A stretch of 64,000 nt of DNA from Spirochaetia bacterium (lineage in GTDB: Bacteria; Spirochaetota; Spirochaetia; CADAEX01), in NCBI GenBank assembly GCA_963662795.1, contig OY759746.1, positions 1,408,001 through 1,472,000 on the forward strand, written 5' to 3'. The notes beneath the pieces were generated by a model. That model worked only from the letters and a program-made list of their open reading frames with translations. It searched no databases and was not told the DNA's origin. Both the position numbers and the translations under genes were made by a program. Below, one piece after another: positions 19,991-29,856 of this stretch. The first letter of the stretch is position 1. Every line of letters starts with the position of its first letter.

Positions 19991-20860
19991 GTGATAAAAA
20001 TACATTATATGGATGAAGTAAAAGAAAACTGGACAACAATTATCAAACCTAAAGACAGTCTATTGCATCTTAATCTGGGTGATTTATGGAAATATAAAGA
20101 TCTTATAAGGATGTTTATTCACAGAGATTTTGTAACATACTATAAGCAGACAATATTAGGACCGTTGTGGTTTATAATTCAGCCCCTTTTCACATCAGGG
20201 ATGTTTACCCTGATATTCGGGCGCGTTGCAAACATATCAACTGATAAAATACCGCATATGCTTTTTTATATGTCAGGAGTTATAAATTGGAGTTATTTTT
20301 CAGAATCACTCACAAAAACTTCAAACTCCTTTACTGCTAATGCTGGAATATTCGGCAAAGTTTATTTTCCCCGCCTTACAGTACCTGTCGCAAATATTAT
20401 AACAAATATGCTCAGATATTTTATACAGTATATAATCTTTCTTGTTTTCTACTTTGTATTTTGGTTAAAAGGCTCGCCAGTAACACCCAACTGGATGATA
20501 GTTCTCACACCATTGCTGCTTATATATATGGCACTTTTAAGCCTTGGATACGGTCTCTGGATATCCGCTGTTACCACAAAATACAGAGATCTAAATTTTG
20601 CACTTCCATTTGTTGTACAGCTTTGGATGTATGCAACACCTGTAGTTTATCCGCTGTCGCTTATTCCTGATAAGTTCAAGCTTATTATGTCTTTAAACCC
20701 GATGGTTCCGGTAATTGAAATATTTAGAAAAGCATATCTTGGCGCAGGTACAATAAATATCTTCCATACGGGATTAAGCGTTTTGTTAATGATTATAATC
20801 TTATTTACTGGAATAATAATTTTCAACAATACTGAAAAAACATTTATGGATACGGTTTAA
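19991..20860 (+). CDS. wzm: Polysaccharide ABC transporter permease Wzm
   Basis: YKQTILGPLWFIIQPL, KVYFPRL, YRD, TPVVYP. Confidence 0.93.
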   Translation: MIKIHYMDEVKENWTTIIKPKDSLLHLNLGDLWKYKDLIRMFIHRDFVTYYKQTILGPLWFIIQPLFTSGMFTLIFGRVANISTDKIPHMLFYMSGVINWSYFSESLTKTSNSFTANAGIFGKVYFPRLTVPVANIITNMLRYFIQYIIFLVFYFVFWLKGSPVTPNWMIVLTPLLLIYMALLSLGYGLWISAVTTKYRDLNFALPFVVQLWMYATPVVYPLSLIPDKFKLIMSLNPMVPVIEIFRKAYLGAGTINIFHTGLSVLLMIIILFTGIIIFNNTEKTFMDTV

Positions 20861-20864
20861 AAGC

Positions 20865-22121
20865 ATGGGTGAAACAGTAATTAAAGTAGAAAATCTTTAT
20901 AAAGAATATAAATTAGGTGTAATTAACCATGGAACATTACATAAGGATTTACAATCTTGGTGGGCAAAGATTCGAGGGAAGGAAGATCCAAATTCTCTTA
21001 TTTCTACAAATCATATACAGGAAGCTGAAAAGGATAGTTTTCTTGCGCTTGACGATGTTTCTTTTGAGATAAAAGCAGGTGAGCGGATTGGTATTATTGG
21101 AAAAAATGGAGCAGGAAAATCTACTCTTCTTAAAATTATTTCGCGTATTACTACACCAACAAGAGGAGAGATAAAAATTAAAGGAAGAATAGGATCTCTT
21201 CTTGAGGTAGGAACAGGATTTCATCCTGAACTTACGGGACGAGAAAATATATATTTAAATGGTGCAATTCTGGGTATGAACAGGAAAGAAATTGATCGTA
21301 AGTTAGATGAAATTATTGATTTTGCAGGAATTGAAAAACACATTGATACACCTGTAAAAAGATATTCAAGTGGTATGAATGTTCGTCTTGGTTTTGCAGT
21401 AGCGGCACATCTTGAACCTGAAGTTCTTGTTGTTGATGAAGTTCTTGCGGTGGGTGATGCTGAATTTCAGAAAAAAGCACTTGGCAAAATGGAAAATGTA
21501 AGTAAAGGTGACGGTAGGACAATTCTTTTTGTAAGTCATAACATGGGGGCTGTAAGAAAATTATGTAGTAAGGGATTTTTATTAGATAATGGGATGAAAA
21601 CAGTTGAAGATAATATTGATATTGTAGTTGATAAATATCAGCAAAAAAATAATAAAAACAAAACATTTTTTACTCCTATTTACATTGAAGAAATAGATAT
21701 TCTTGTTACAAAAATATCATTAAATGAGGATAATAATGGTAAAATATTTCCATTTAAACCATTAAAAATTGATATTGAAATTGATGCAAAAAGAGAAGTT
21801 AACAATATTGGTATACAAATTCTATTATCAAATGACCAAACAGAAGGTCAAATATTTTCAAGTAATACAAAACAGACAAAAGGCTTAGATGTTATTATAA
21901 AAAAAGGATTTAATAAGATTACATGCTTAATCGATAGCTTTAAATTGTGCTCTGGTAAATATACTTTTGGTTTTGCAATAGATATTCCATTTGTTAAATT
22001 TTATTTTCTTGATTTAAATTTATTTACAATTGATGTTGAAGAAGTAATTATCGAGGGAGGAAGGCTTCCTACATTACCATCTTATGGACATGTCTATTTG
22101 GATCATCATTGGGAATTATAA
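20865..22121 (+). CDS. wzt: Polysaccharide ABC transporter ATPase Wzt with C-terminal domain
   Basis: GKNGAGKSTLLK, YSSGM.VRLGFAVA, VDEVLAVGD, SH; ~160-aa C-terminal extension. Confidence 0.93.
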   Translation: MGETVIKVENLYKEYKLGVINHGTLHKDLQSWWAKIRGKEDPNSLISTNHIQEAEKDSFLALDDVSFEIKAGERIGIIGKNGAGKSTLLKIISRITTPTRGEIKIKGRIGSLLEVGTGFHPELTGRENIYLNGAILGMNRKEIDRKLDEIIDFAGIEKHIDTPVKRYSSGMNVRLGFAVAAHLEPEVLVVDEVLAVGDAEFQKKALGKMENVSKGDGRTILFVSHNMGAVRKLCSKGFLLDNGMKTVEDNIDIVVDKYQQKNNKNKTFFTPIYIEEIDILVTKISLNEDNNGKIFPFKPLKIDIEIDAKREVNNIGIQILLSNDQTEGQIFSSNTKQTKGLDVIIKKGFNKITCLIDSFKLCSGKYTFGFAIDIPFVKFYFLDLNLFTIDVEEVIIEGGRLPTLPSYGHVYLDHHWEL

Positions 22122-23092
22122 TGGATAAATTAGGTATCCTACTTAAGTCATATAGAAATGATCTCAAATATGTCGAAAGTTTAATAATTTCTTATCATAT
22201 GTATAATGCTGATAATATTCCATTGTATTTAATAGTCCCTGAATCAGACATAAATATTTTTAAAAAGTATAAAGATAAAAATATTAGTTTATTAAGTGAA
22301 AAACTATTTGAAGATATATTAACGATAGAATCAGTTAATGGCTTTTCCCCCGGATATATAAATCAGCAAATTATAAAACTGGCCTTTTGGGAAAAAAATT
22401 ATTGTGAGAATTATTTTTGTCTAGATTCAGATGGATTATTTATACGTAATTTTTATTTAACTGATTTTATGTTTGATGAAAATACACCGTATACAATATT
22501 AGTTGAAGATAATGAATTAAAGGTCGAACCTGAATATTATAAAGCATATTGGAAACCAAGAGAAGAAAAAATCAGGATAATTCAAAATGAATTAGGATTA
22601 GTAGATAATAGAATGTTAACATGTCATGGAATGACAATTTTATCATCTAAAATACTAAAGTCATTTAAAGAACAATTTCTTATTCCAAATCATTATACAT
22701 ATATTAATTTACTTGAAATAGCTCCTTATGAATTCTCTTGGTACAACATGTGGCTCCAGAAAACAGAAGGTATATCAATAAAATTTAGAGAACCAATATT
22801 TAAAGTTTTTCATAATGAAAATCAACTTAGAGAGTATTTTCATAAAAATATCACAATTGATGATATAGCAAGAGGATATATTGGAATAATTATTAATTCT
22901 AATTGGCAAGATAACAAATCTAATAATAATCCAATAGATTATAAAAAATATGCATCTGAAAGGAAAAGATCGGAGGAATATTTAATTGAAAAATATAAGT
23001 TTGATATATTGATAAATGCAATCTTTGGAAAATTAAAATTAAAATTAAAAAAAATTATTAAATACTTATTAAAAATAAAGGTAATAAAATGA
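22121..23092 (+). CDS. Putative GT-A-fold protein (DUF6492-like)
   Basis: GYINQQIIKL, DxD motif CLDSD; TAATG overlap with wzt. Confidence 0.5.
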   Translation: MDKLGILLKSYRNDLKYVESLIISYHMYNADNIPLYLIVPESDINIFKKYKDKNISLLSEKLFEDILTIESVNGFSPGYINQQIIKLAFWEKNYCENYFCLDSDGLFIRNFYLTDFMFDENTPYTILVEDNELKVEPEYYKAYWKPREEKIRIIQNELGLVDNRMLTCHGMTILSSKILKSFKEQFLIPNHYTYINLLEIAPYEFSWYNMWLQKTEGISIKFREPIFKVFHNENQLREYFHKNITIDDIARGYIGIIINSNWQDNKSNNNPIDYKKYASERKRSEEYLIEKYKFDILINAIFGKLKLKLKKIIKYLLKIKVIK

Positions 23093-23853
23093 AAAAAATA
23101 TTTTTTAAAATTATTAAATATATTGAGATCTTAACAAAAACTAAAATAATTATAAAAAAAACTAATAGGAATAGTGTAAATTCAAAAGCTGCGTCAACTG
23201 GTGAATCAATGTCAGACTTTTGTAGTATGCTTGAAAATCTTTCAATAATAATTCCAAAAAATGTTTTTGAGATAGGGGCAAATTTTGGTCAAGATGCAGA
23301 ATATTTAAGAAAAAGATTTAATCTTGATAAATCCGATATATATATTTTTGAACCACATCCTCAGATAATTAAAGAGGCAGATAAAATATATGGATTTAAT
23401 AGTTATGGTTTAGCAATATCAAATAAAAATGGGAAAATGAATTTTAATGCTATTAACTTAGATAAAAATACAAATTCAGGAATATCTTCATTAAGAGAGC
23501 ATAAATTTAACAAAAATCAAGATTATAATAAAATTGAAGTTGAAGTAATGAGAATGGATTTATTTATAAAGAATAATAATATAACTTCAATCGATTTTTT
23601 AAAAATTGATGTTGAAGGAGCAACTTATGAGGTATTGATGGGATTCGGTAGTGAACTAAAGATATTAAAAGCAATTCATCTTGAAGCAGAAAATACTGAA
23701 GTTTGGAAAGGACAATATTTATTTAGAGACATATATAAATTATTAACAGAAAATGATTTTGAATTAGTAAGCTATGAACTTAAAGATAGTATTCAGTCTG
23801 ATTCTTTTTGGATAAAGAAAAATTTACTTAAAACACGTTACATAAATAAATAG
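23089..23853 (+). CDS. FkbM-family methyltransferase
   Basis: FEIGANFG, FEPHP, IDFLKIDVEGA. Confidence 0.9.
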   Translation: MKKIFFKIIKYIEILTKTKIIIKKTNRNSVNSKAASTGESMSDFCSMLENLSIIIPKNVFEIGANFGQDAEYLRKRFNLDKSDIYIFEPHPQIIKEADKIYGFNSYGLAISNKNGKMNFNAINLDKNTNSGISSLREHKFNKNQDYNKIEVEVMRMDLFIKNNNITSIDFLKIDVEGATYEVLMGFGSELKILKAIHLEAENTEVWKGQYLFRDIYKLLTENDFELVSYELKDSIQSDSFWIKKNLLKTRYINK

Positions 23854-23861
23854 GAAATTAT

Positions 23862-25091
23862 ATGTATACAGAAATCAAAAATTGTAGAATATGTAAGAGT
23901 AAGAAATTAAATACAATTTTATCATTAGGTGATCAATTTCTTACAGGTGTTTTTCCAAAAACGCCTGATGATAAAATATCAAAAGGGCCTTTGGATCTTG
24001 TTAGATGCTCAAATTGTGGTTTGTTGCAAATGAAACAATCTTATAATATTGATGAAATGTATGGAGAAAATTACGGGTACAGATCAAGCTTAAATTCATC
24101 AATGGTTAAACATCTACAGCAAAAAATACATAAATTGGAAAACATTGTTGCATTAAAAGAAGATGCTCTAGTTTTAGATATTGGTAGTAACGATGCAACA
24201 TCTTTAAAATCTTATTCTGGTAAACATAAAAAAATTGGTATTGATCCGACAGGGTATAAATTTAAGGAATATTATACAGATAATATAGTATTAATACCTG
24301 ATTTTTTTTCAGCAGATATATTTAATAGAGAATTTTTAAATAAAAAAGTTAAAATCATTACATCAATAGCCATGTTTTATGACTTAGAAGATCCTGTTTC
24401 ATTTGTTAAAGATGTTGAATCAATTTTGTCTGAAGATGGAATATGGCATTTTGAACAGAGTTATATGCCTAGTATGTTAAGAACTAATTCTTATGACACT
24501 ATTTGTCATGAACATTTGGAATTCTATTCCTTTAAAGTTGTAAAAAATCTATTAGAAAAATATAATTTAAGAATAATTGATGTACAGATGAATTCCATAA
24601 ATGGAGGTAGTTTCGCTGTAACTGCCTGTAAAAAATCTTCAAAGTATAAATCAAATACTCCAATTATTAATTGGCTTTTAAGGCAAGAAGAAATTATGGG
24701 CCTAGATACTATTACGCCATATAAGTTATTTCGTAAAAAAGTATTTCAACATCGTAATAGTATTAATGAATTAATTAAATCATTAGTAGCAGATGGCAAA
24801 TTGATTATAGGGTATGGCGCAAGTACAAAAGGTAATGTATTATTACAATTTTGCAATTTAACAAGAAATGAGATCCCATTTATAGCAGAAGTAAATGAGG
24901 ATAAATTTGGTTCATATACTCCTGGGACTAAAATTCCCATTATATCTGAAAAAGAAGCAAGAAATATGAATCCAGATTATTTTTTTGTTTTACCATGGCA
25001 TTTTAAAAATGGAATAATTGAGAGAGAAAGTGAATTCATATCTAAAGGTGGTAAATTTATTTTTCCATTACCTGAAATTGAGATTGTTTAA
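23862..25091 (+). CDS. NDP-sugar C-methyltransferase (Zn-binding, Methyltransf_13/14 type)
   Basis: CRIC...CSNC, DIGSND, YDTICHEH, GYGASTKGN, LPWHF. Confidence 0.88.
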   Translation: MYTEIKNCRICKSKKLNTILSLGDQFLTGVFPKTPDDKISKGPLDLVRCSNCGLLQMKQSYNIDEMYGENYGYRSSLNSSMVKHLQQKIHKLENIVALKEDALVLDIGSNDATSLKSYSGKHKKIGIDPTGYKFKEYYTDNIVLIPDFFSADIFNREFLNKKVKIITSIAMFYDLEDPVSFVKDVESILSEDGIWHFEQSYMPSMLRTNSYDTICHEHLEFYSFKVVKNLLEKYNLRIIDVQMNSINGGSFAVTACKKSSKYKSNTPIINWLLRQEEIMGLDTITPYKLFRKKVFQHRNSINELIKSLVADGKLIIGYGASTKGNVLLQFCNLTRNEIPFIAEVNEDKFGSYTPGTKIPIISEKEARNMNPDYFFVLPWHFKNGIIERESEFISKGGKFIFPLPEIEIV

Positions 25092-25094
25092 TTT

Positions 25095-25973
25095 ATGAAA
25101 GTATTAATATTTGGAATTAATGGTCAAGATGGATACTATCTTAACCAATTGATGACAAAAATGAATATTGATGTAATTGGAATATCTCATAAAAAAAATA
25201 ATTGGATTAGTGGAGATGTTGGGAATTTTATATTTGTAGAAGAATTAATTAAAAAGTATCAACCTGAATATATTTTTCATTTTGCAGCAGTGTCTACTAC
25301 TGAACATTCTGCTTTATTTGATAACCATAATGCAATAAGTACTGGAACTTTAAATATATTAGAAGCTGTAAAGATTCACTCAAGGAAGTCAAAAATATTT
25401 TTGTCTGGAAGTGCAATGCAGTTTATTAATAATGGTAAACCAATTGATGAAAAGACTCCATTTGATGCAAGTAGTCCTTACTCAATTTCGAGAATACACT
25501 CTGTATACGCAGCAAGGTATTATCGTAAAGCTTTTGGCATAAAAGTTTATGTAGGTTTTTTTTTTAACCATGATAGTCCATTTCGTACTTCTAGACATAT
25601 AAATAAAAAAATTACTGAATCTGTTTTAAAAATAGCTGATGGGAGTTTTGAGAAATTAGAAATTGGAAATCTAAATGTACAAAAGGAATTTAATTTTGCC
25701 GGTGACATTGTCGAAGCTGTATGGATTTTGGTTAATCAGGATGAAATATTTGAAGCAGTAATTGGATGTGGTAAAACATATAGTATTAAAGATTGGATTG
25801 AGTATTGTTTTAAAAAAATTAATAAAGATTGGAAGTATTTTGTTGATTTAAAACAAGATTACCATGCAGAATATGATACATTAGTAAGTAATCCTAGATT
25901 GATTTTTAGTTTGGGTTGGAAACCAAAAGTAAATATTTACGAACTTGCAGATATGATGTTGGAACAAAAATGA
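25095..25973 (+). CDS. Gmd/Rmd-like SDR (GDP-sugar dehydratase or 4-reductase)
   Basis: IFGINGQDGYYL, SPYSISR (YxxxR in place of YxxxK), FNHDSP. Confidence 0.75.
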   Translation: MKVLIFGINGQDGYYLNQLMTKMNIDVIGISHKKNNWISGDVGNFIFVEELIKKYQPEYIFHFAAVSTTEHSALFDNHNAISTGTLNILEAVKIHSRKSKIFLSGSAMQFINNGKPIDEKTPFDASSPYSISRIHSVYAARYYRKAFGIKVYVGFFFNHDSPFRTSRHINKKITESVLKIADGSFEKLEIGNLNVQKEFNFAGDIVEAVWILVNQDEIFEAVIGCGKTYSIKDWIEYCFKKINKDWKYFVDLKQDYHAEYDTLVSNPRLIFSLGWKPKVNIYELADMMLEQK

Positions 25974-27193
25974 TAATATTATGTGAACCACAATGTTCCG
26001 GTTATTCACATGAACAATTTAATGCTGGTACATTATATGGTTACTCTTTAGCCTACCCAGATGAAAAAATTATTTTTTTCGCCGAGAAGGAGCATATAAA
26101 ATGTATTCAAAAAATATATAATTTAGCTAATTTATCATTTAAAAATATTGAGTTTTTTGAAATGAACATTCCTGAGTCAAAAAAACTGGCAAGTATTTTA
26201 GTCATTTTTAAATATTATTCACTTTTAAAATATCTGTTAAATTATGCATCTGATAATAATTGTTATAAAATTGCTTTTTTATCAATTTATACTTTCAATT
26301 TATTACCATTAAAATATTTAATCTTTAAATTACGAACTCCTTTTAAATTTAATATTGCTATGCATGGTACATTGGAATTTATAAAGCGAAAAAATATTTT
26401 ATTTCATTCTAATTTTATAAATAAAATAATTAACCGAATCAAAAGTAAATTTAATATAATAACAGAAATTAATAATGCACCTGTAAATAATTTTTTATAT
26501 GAAAAATTATTTACTTTTAGTTTAAAAATACAAAATAAGAATATTAAATATTTTGTTTTTAGAGATGATATCCCTGAAAAAATTAGAATATATTTACCTA
26601 CTATATATCAGCATTTTAAAAGTATTGATCTGCCATATATATTTAAAGATACATATTTTTTAAATAGTGAGGTATTTAAAAAGAAAATTGTATTTGCGAC
26701 AATAGGTCAGGGAGATTTAAATTCTATATATAAAATAGTTGATAATTTATCACAAATATCTAAAATTAGTAATAAATATGAAATTAGAATTATTGGTGGA
26801 AATAATAGAAAAAATATAAGAAATGAATATACTAATGTTGTTCACTATGGTGATAATTTAAGTAGAGATAAGATAGAGCATATTTGTAAAGAAGTAAATT
26901 ATTTTCTATTCTTTTATAATTCAGAATTTTATGAATTGACTACAAGCGGTTCTTTCTTTGATGCAATAGCTTATTGTAAACCAATAATATTCTTAAAAAA
27001 TAATTGTTTTGATTTTTATTATCAAAAATATAATTTCGGATATAGATGTAGTAATATAACAGAAATGATTAATGTTTTAACAAATATTATTGTATTAAAT
27101 GATGCTAATTATAAAAAACATATTTCTGAAATTATTCGCATGCGCAATGATATATCGATTAAAAATAATTATACTAAATTAAAATTTGTATAA
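25970..27193 (+). CDS. Divergent GT-B (GT4-like) glycosyltransferase
   Basis: HEQFN near N-terminus, SGSFFDAIAYCKPII near C-terminus; ATGA overlap with upstream stop. Confidence 0.6.
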   Translation: MIILCEPQCSGYSHEQFNAGTLYGYSLAYPDEKIIFFAEKEHIKCIQKIYNLANLSFKNIEFFEMNIPESKKLASILVIFKYYSLLKYLLNYASDNNCYKIAFLSIYTFNLLPLKYLIFKLRTPFKFNIAMHGTLEFIKRKNILFHSNFINKIINRIKSKFNIITEINNAPVNNFLYEKLFTFSLKIQNKNIKYFVFRDDIPEKIRIYLPTIYQHFKSIDLPYIFKDTYFLNSEVFKKKIVFATIGQGDLNSIYKIVDNLSQISKISNKYEIRIIGGNNRKNIRNEYTNVVHYGDNLSRDKIEHICKEVNYFLFFYNSEFYELTTSGSFFDAIAYCKPIIFLKNNCFDFYYQKYNFGYRCSNITEMINVLTNIIVLNDANYKKHISEIIRMRNDISIKNNYTKLKFV

Positions 27194-27221
27194 AATAATA
27201 TATTTTATCAAGGGAGAAGAG

Positions 27222-27857
27222 ATGAAGAAAATAAAATCAATTATAAAAAAAATGTTACCTCGTTATCTTGTAAATATTCTATGCAAAGTTATTGCAAATA
27301 AAGAAGTATTTCAATGGAAAAGAAATGGTAGGCCGATTCCACCACCGCACAGGGTCAAGCAATTAATAATAGAATATTATCAGAAAAAATATGATATTAA
27401 TATATTAGTTGAAACAGGAACATGTTTTGGAGATATGGTATATGCGCAATTGAATAATTTTAAAAAAATATATTCAATCGAACTTGGAGACGAACTTTGG
27501 AAAAACGCTGTTAAAAGATTTGAAAAATATAAGCATATCTCGATATTGCATGGAGATAGCGGGGTTCTTATGAGAGATTTAATATTAAATATAAATGAAA
27601 GGGCTATTTTCTGGCTGGATGGTCATTATTCTGCAGGCGTAACAGCTAAAGGTAATAAAGAAAGTCCAATTCTGGAGGAACTTAATAGCATATTTATCTC
27701 AAGTATCAATCATATATTGTTGATTGACGATGCTCGTTGTTTCAATGGAACAGGAGATTATCCAACAATTGATGAGCTAAAAGAACTAGTTTTAGCTAAA
27801 AGAAAAAAAAGCAAAATAGAAATAAAAGATGATTGTATCAGAATCGAATTAAAATAA
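27222..27857 (+). CDS. SAM-dependent methyltransferase-like protein
   Basis: LVETGT..G, SIEL, GDS, FWLDGH, LIDDAR. Confidence 0.65.
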   Translation: MKKIKSIIKKMLPRYLVNILCKVIANKEVFQWKRNGRPIPPPHRVKQLIIEYYQKKYDINILVETGTCFGDMVYAQLNNFKKIYSIELGDELWKNAVKRFEKYKHISILHGDSGVLMRDLILNINERAIFWLDGHYSAGVTAKGNKESPILEELNSIFISSINHILLIDDARCFNGTGDYPTIDELKELVLAKRKKSKIEIKDDCIRIELK

Positions 27858-27894
27858 TTTTATATTACAATTTTCATAAGACCAAGGATTAAAT

Positions 27895-28845
27895 ATGCTA
27901 ATAAAAAAAAAAATATTTAAGAAATATTCACAATTACTTTTTTTAATAGATAATAAAAAACTTCATAAGCCAAATTCTAAAGAATTACTTTTAATAAAAG
28001 AGCTTAGGCAAAATTTAAAACTTTTGCCTCAATTGTCTCTGAACATGAATGAAATAAGCAGTGAATGGTACAATTTTGTACAAGAAACATTATTTTTATT
28101 AAACAATTCTGATCCAAGGGAATTTTTACGTTTTGACGTAATAAAAAAAACTATGTTTGTTGGAAATGCAGATTATATAAAAGAAGAACTTAAGTATTTA
28201 AAAAACAATAAATGGAAACGACGGAAAAAAATAATAATAGAAACACGGGTTGGTTGTCCTGCTAGATTTCCATTTTATCCTAAAAGCAGTGCGACTTTAA
28301 TTCATCAAGGCTATCATTGTGCATTATTTGAAGATAAATTAAATGTAAATCTAACAGATGTAGAATATATTTTTGAATTTGGCGGTGGTTATGGAAGTTT
28401 ATGTCGGCTTATTTACAATATGGGATTTAGAGGTAAATATCTAATTTTGGATCTTCCCGTTTTTTCCTGCTTACAGATGTTTTTTTTAAAAATGCTAAAT
28501 ATAGAAGTTGGATTAGATACGTATAATGATGAAAAAAATGTTACATGTATCAATAATGTTGAAATATTAAATGAAATAGTCTCGAAAATAAAAAATAAAA
28601 GAAAAATGTTTATTGCTACTTGGTCAATTAGTGAATCACCTGTTGAGTTAAGAGAAAAAGTATTGGAAATTATAAATAATTTTGATTTGTTTCTTATTGC
28701 TTATCAAAATAACTTTGGTGATAATAATAATATTGATTTTTTTAAAACTTATATTGAAAGTCATAAGCATATAGAATGGCAAAATATTCATATAAATCAT
28801 ATTCCAGGAAATTATTATTTGTTTGGAAAAAAAATAGCTGAATAA
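27895..28845 (+). CDS. Putative sugar O-methyltransferase
   Basis: IFEFGGGYGSLCR, ILDLP, FIATWSISE. Confidence 0.75.
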   Translation: MLIKKKIFKKYSQLLFLIDNKKLHKPNSKELLLIKELRQNLKLLPQLSLNMNEISSEWYNFVQETLFLLNNSDPREFLRFDVIKKTMFVGNADYIKEELKYLKNNKWKRRKKIIIETRVGCPARFPFYPKSSATLIHQGYHCALFEDKLNVNLTDVEYIFEFGGGYGSLCRLIYNMGFRGKYLILDLPVFSCLQMFFLKMLNIEVGLDTYNDEKNVTCINNVEILNEIVSKIKNKRKMFIATWSISESPVELREKVLEIINNFDLFLIAYQNNFGDNNNIDFFKTYIESHKHIEWQNIHINHIPGNYYLFGKKIAE

Positions 28846-28851
28846 TTTAGT

Positions 28852-29799
28852 ATGATAAAAAAAATTGTTTTAAAAATAATTAATCATATTCCGTTTTTTA
28901 AACGATGTTTTCAGTTTCTAAAAAAAAAAGGAATTATTTATTCTCATCCTTTACTTGCTCCAAATATTGATAATAAATTTGTTGGGGTATGGATTCTTGG
29001 AGGTATTGGAAATCAATTGTTTCAATTTGCAACGGGTTATGCCTTGTCTAAAAGAATGGGGGCAACGTTATTATTAGATAGAAATTTTGAAGGATATTTT
29101 AGGCAAGAGGAGTTAAGTAAAATTGGAATAGAAGAAACAAATTGGAATGTCCCTAGTCCGATGATAGATAACAAAAGTAAAAAAAATACATATTCAGTAA
29201 TTACAGAAAAAAGTTTTTCATTTGATTCAAATGTTTTTAATTTAAATAAAAGCTGTTATTTATATGGATATTGGCAATCCCCAAAGTATTTTAAGGATTA
29301 TGAAAATGATATACGTAAAACAATAAATTTTAACAATCTGAAAACTAATGAAATAGAACGTGCTTTAAATGAAATTAATAAAAATACTTCAGTATCAGTT
29401 CATTTGCGAAGAGGTGATTACAATACTAATGCCGGGATTGAAAGTTTTGGCCTTCTGGGTAAAGATTATTATGAAAGAGCTTATAACTTATTATTAAAAA
29501 TATATCCAAATAGTCAGTTTTATGTTTTTTCCGATGATTTGGAGGAGGCAAAAAGAGTATTTACCGAATTTCCTAATTCAGTTCTTATGCCTATTAGAAG
29601 TGCATGTGAGGACATGCTTCTTATGTCAAGTTGCCGACATCATATAATTGCAAATTCAACCTTTTCATGGTGGGGAGCCTGGTTGGGAAAATATTCGGAT
29701 ACAATCACAATTGCTCCCAGGCATTGGTTCACAAAAGAAGCTACAATCAGGCATAAATATCTTTTAGATTTATTTCCAGATGATTGGATTCAATTATAA
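28852..29799 (+). CDS. GT11 alpha-1,2-fucosyltransferase
   Basis: GGIGNQLFQ, GYWQS, VHLRRGDY, FSDD, IIANSTFSWWGAWL. Confidence 0.92.
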   Translation: MIKKIVLKIINHIPFFKRCFQFLKKKGIIYSHPLLAPNIDNKFVGVWILGGIGNQLFQFATGYALSKRMGATLLLDRNFEGYFRQEELSKIGIEETNWNVPSPMIDNKSKKNTYSVITEKSFSFDSNVFNLNKSCYLYGYWQSPKYFKDYENDIRKTINFNNLKTNEIERALNEINKNTSVSVHLRRGDYNTNAGIESFGLLGKDYYERAYNLLLKIYPNSQFYVFSDDLEEAKRVFTEFPNSVLMPIRSACEDMLLMSSCRHHIIANSTFSWWGAWLGKYSDTITIAPRHWFTKEATIRHKYLLDLFPDDWIQL

Positions 29800-29856
29800 A
29801 TATTCATTAAAAAAGAAATTAAGAGAATATAAAAACCTAAAAAGGATTTTTTATTA

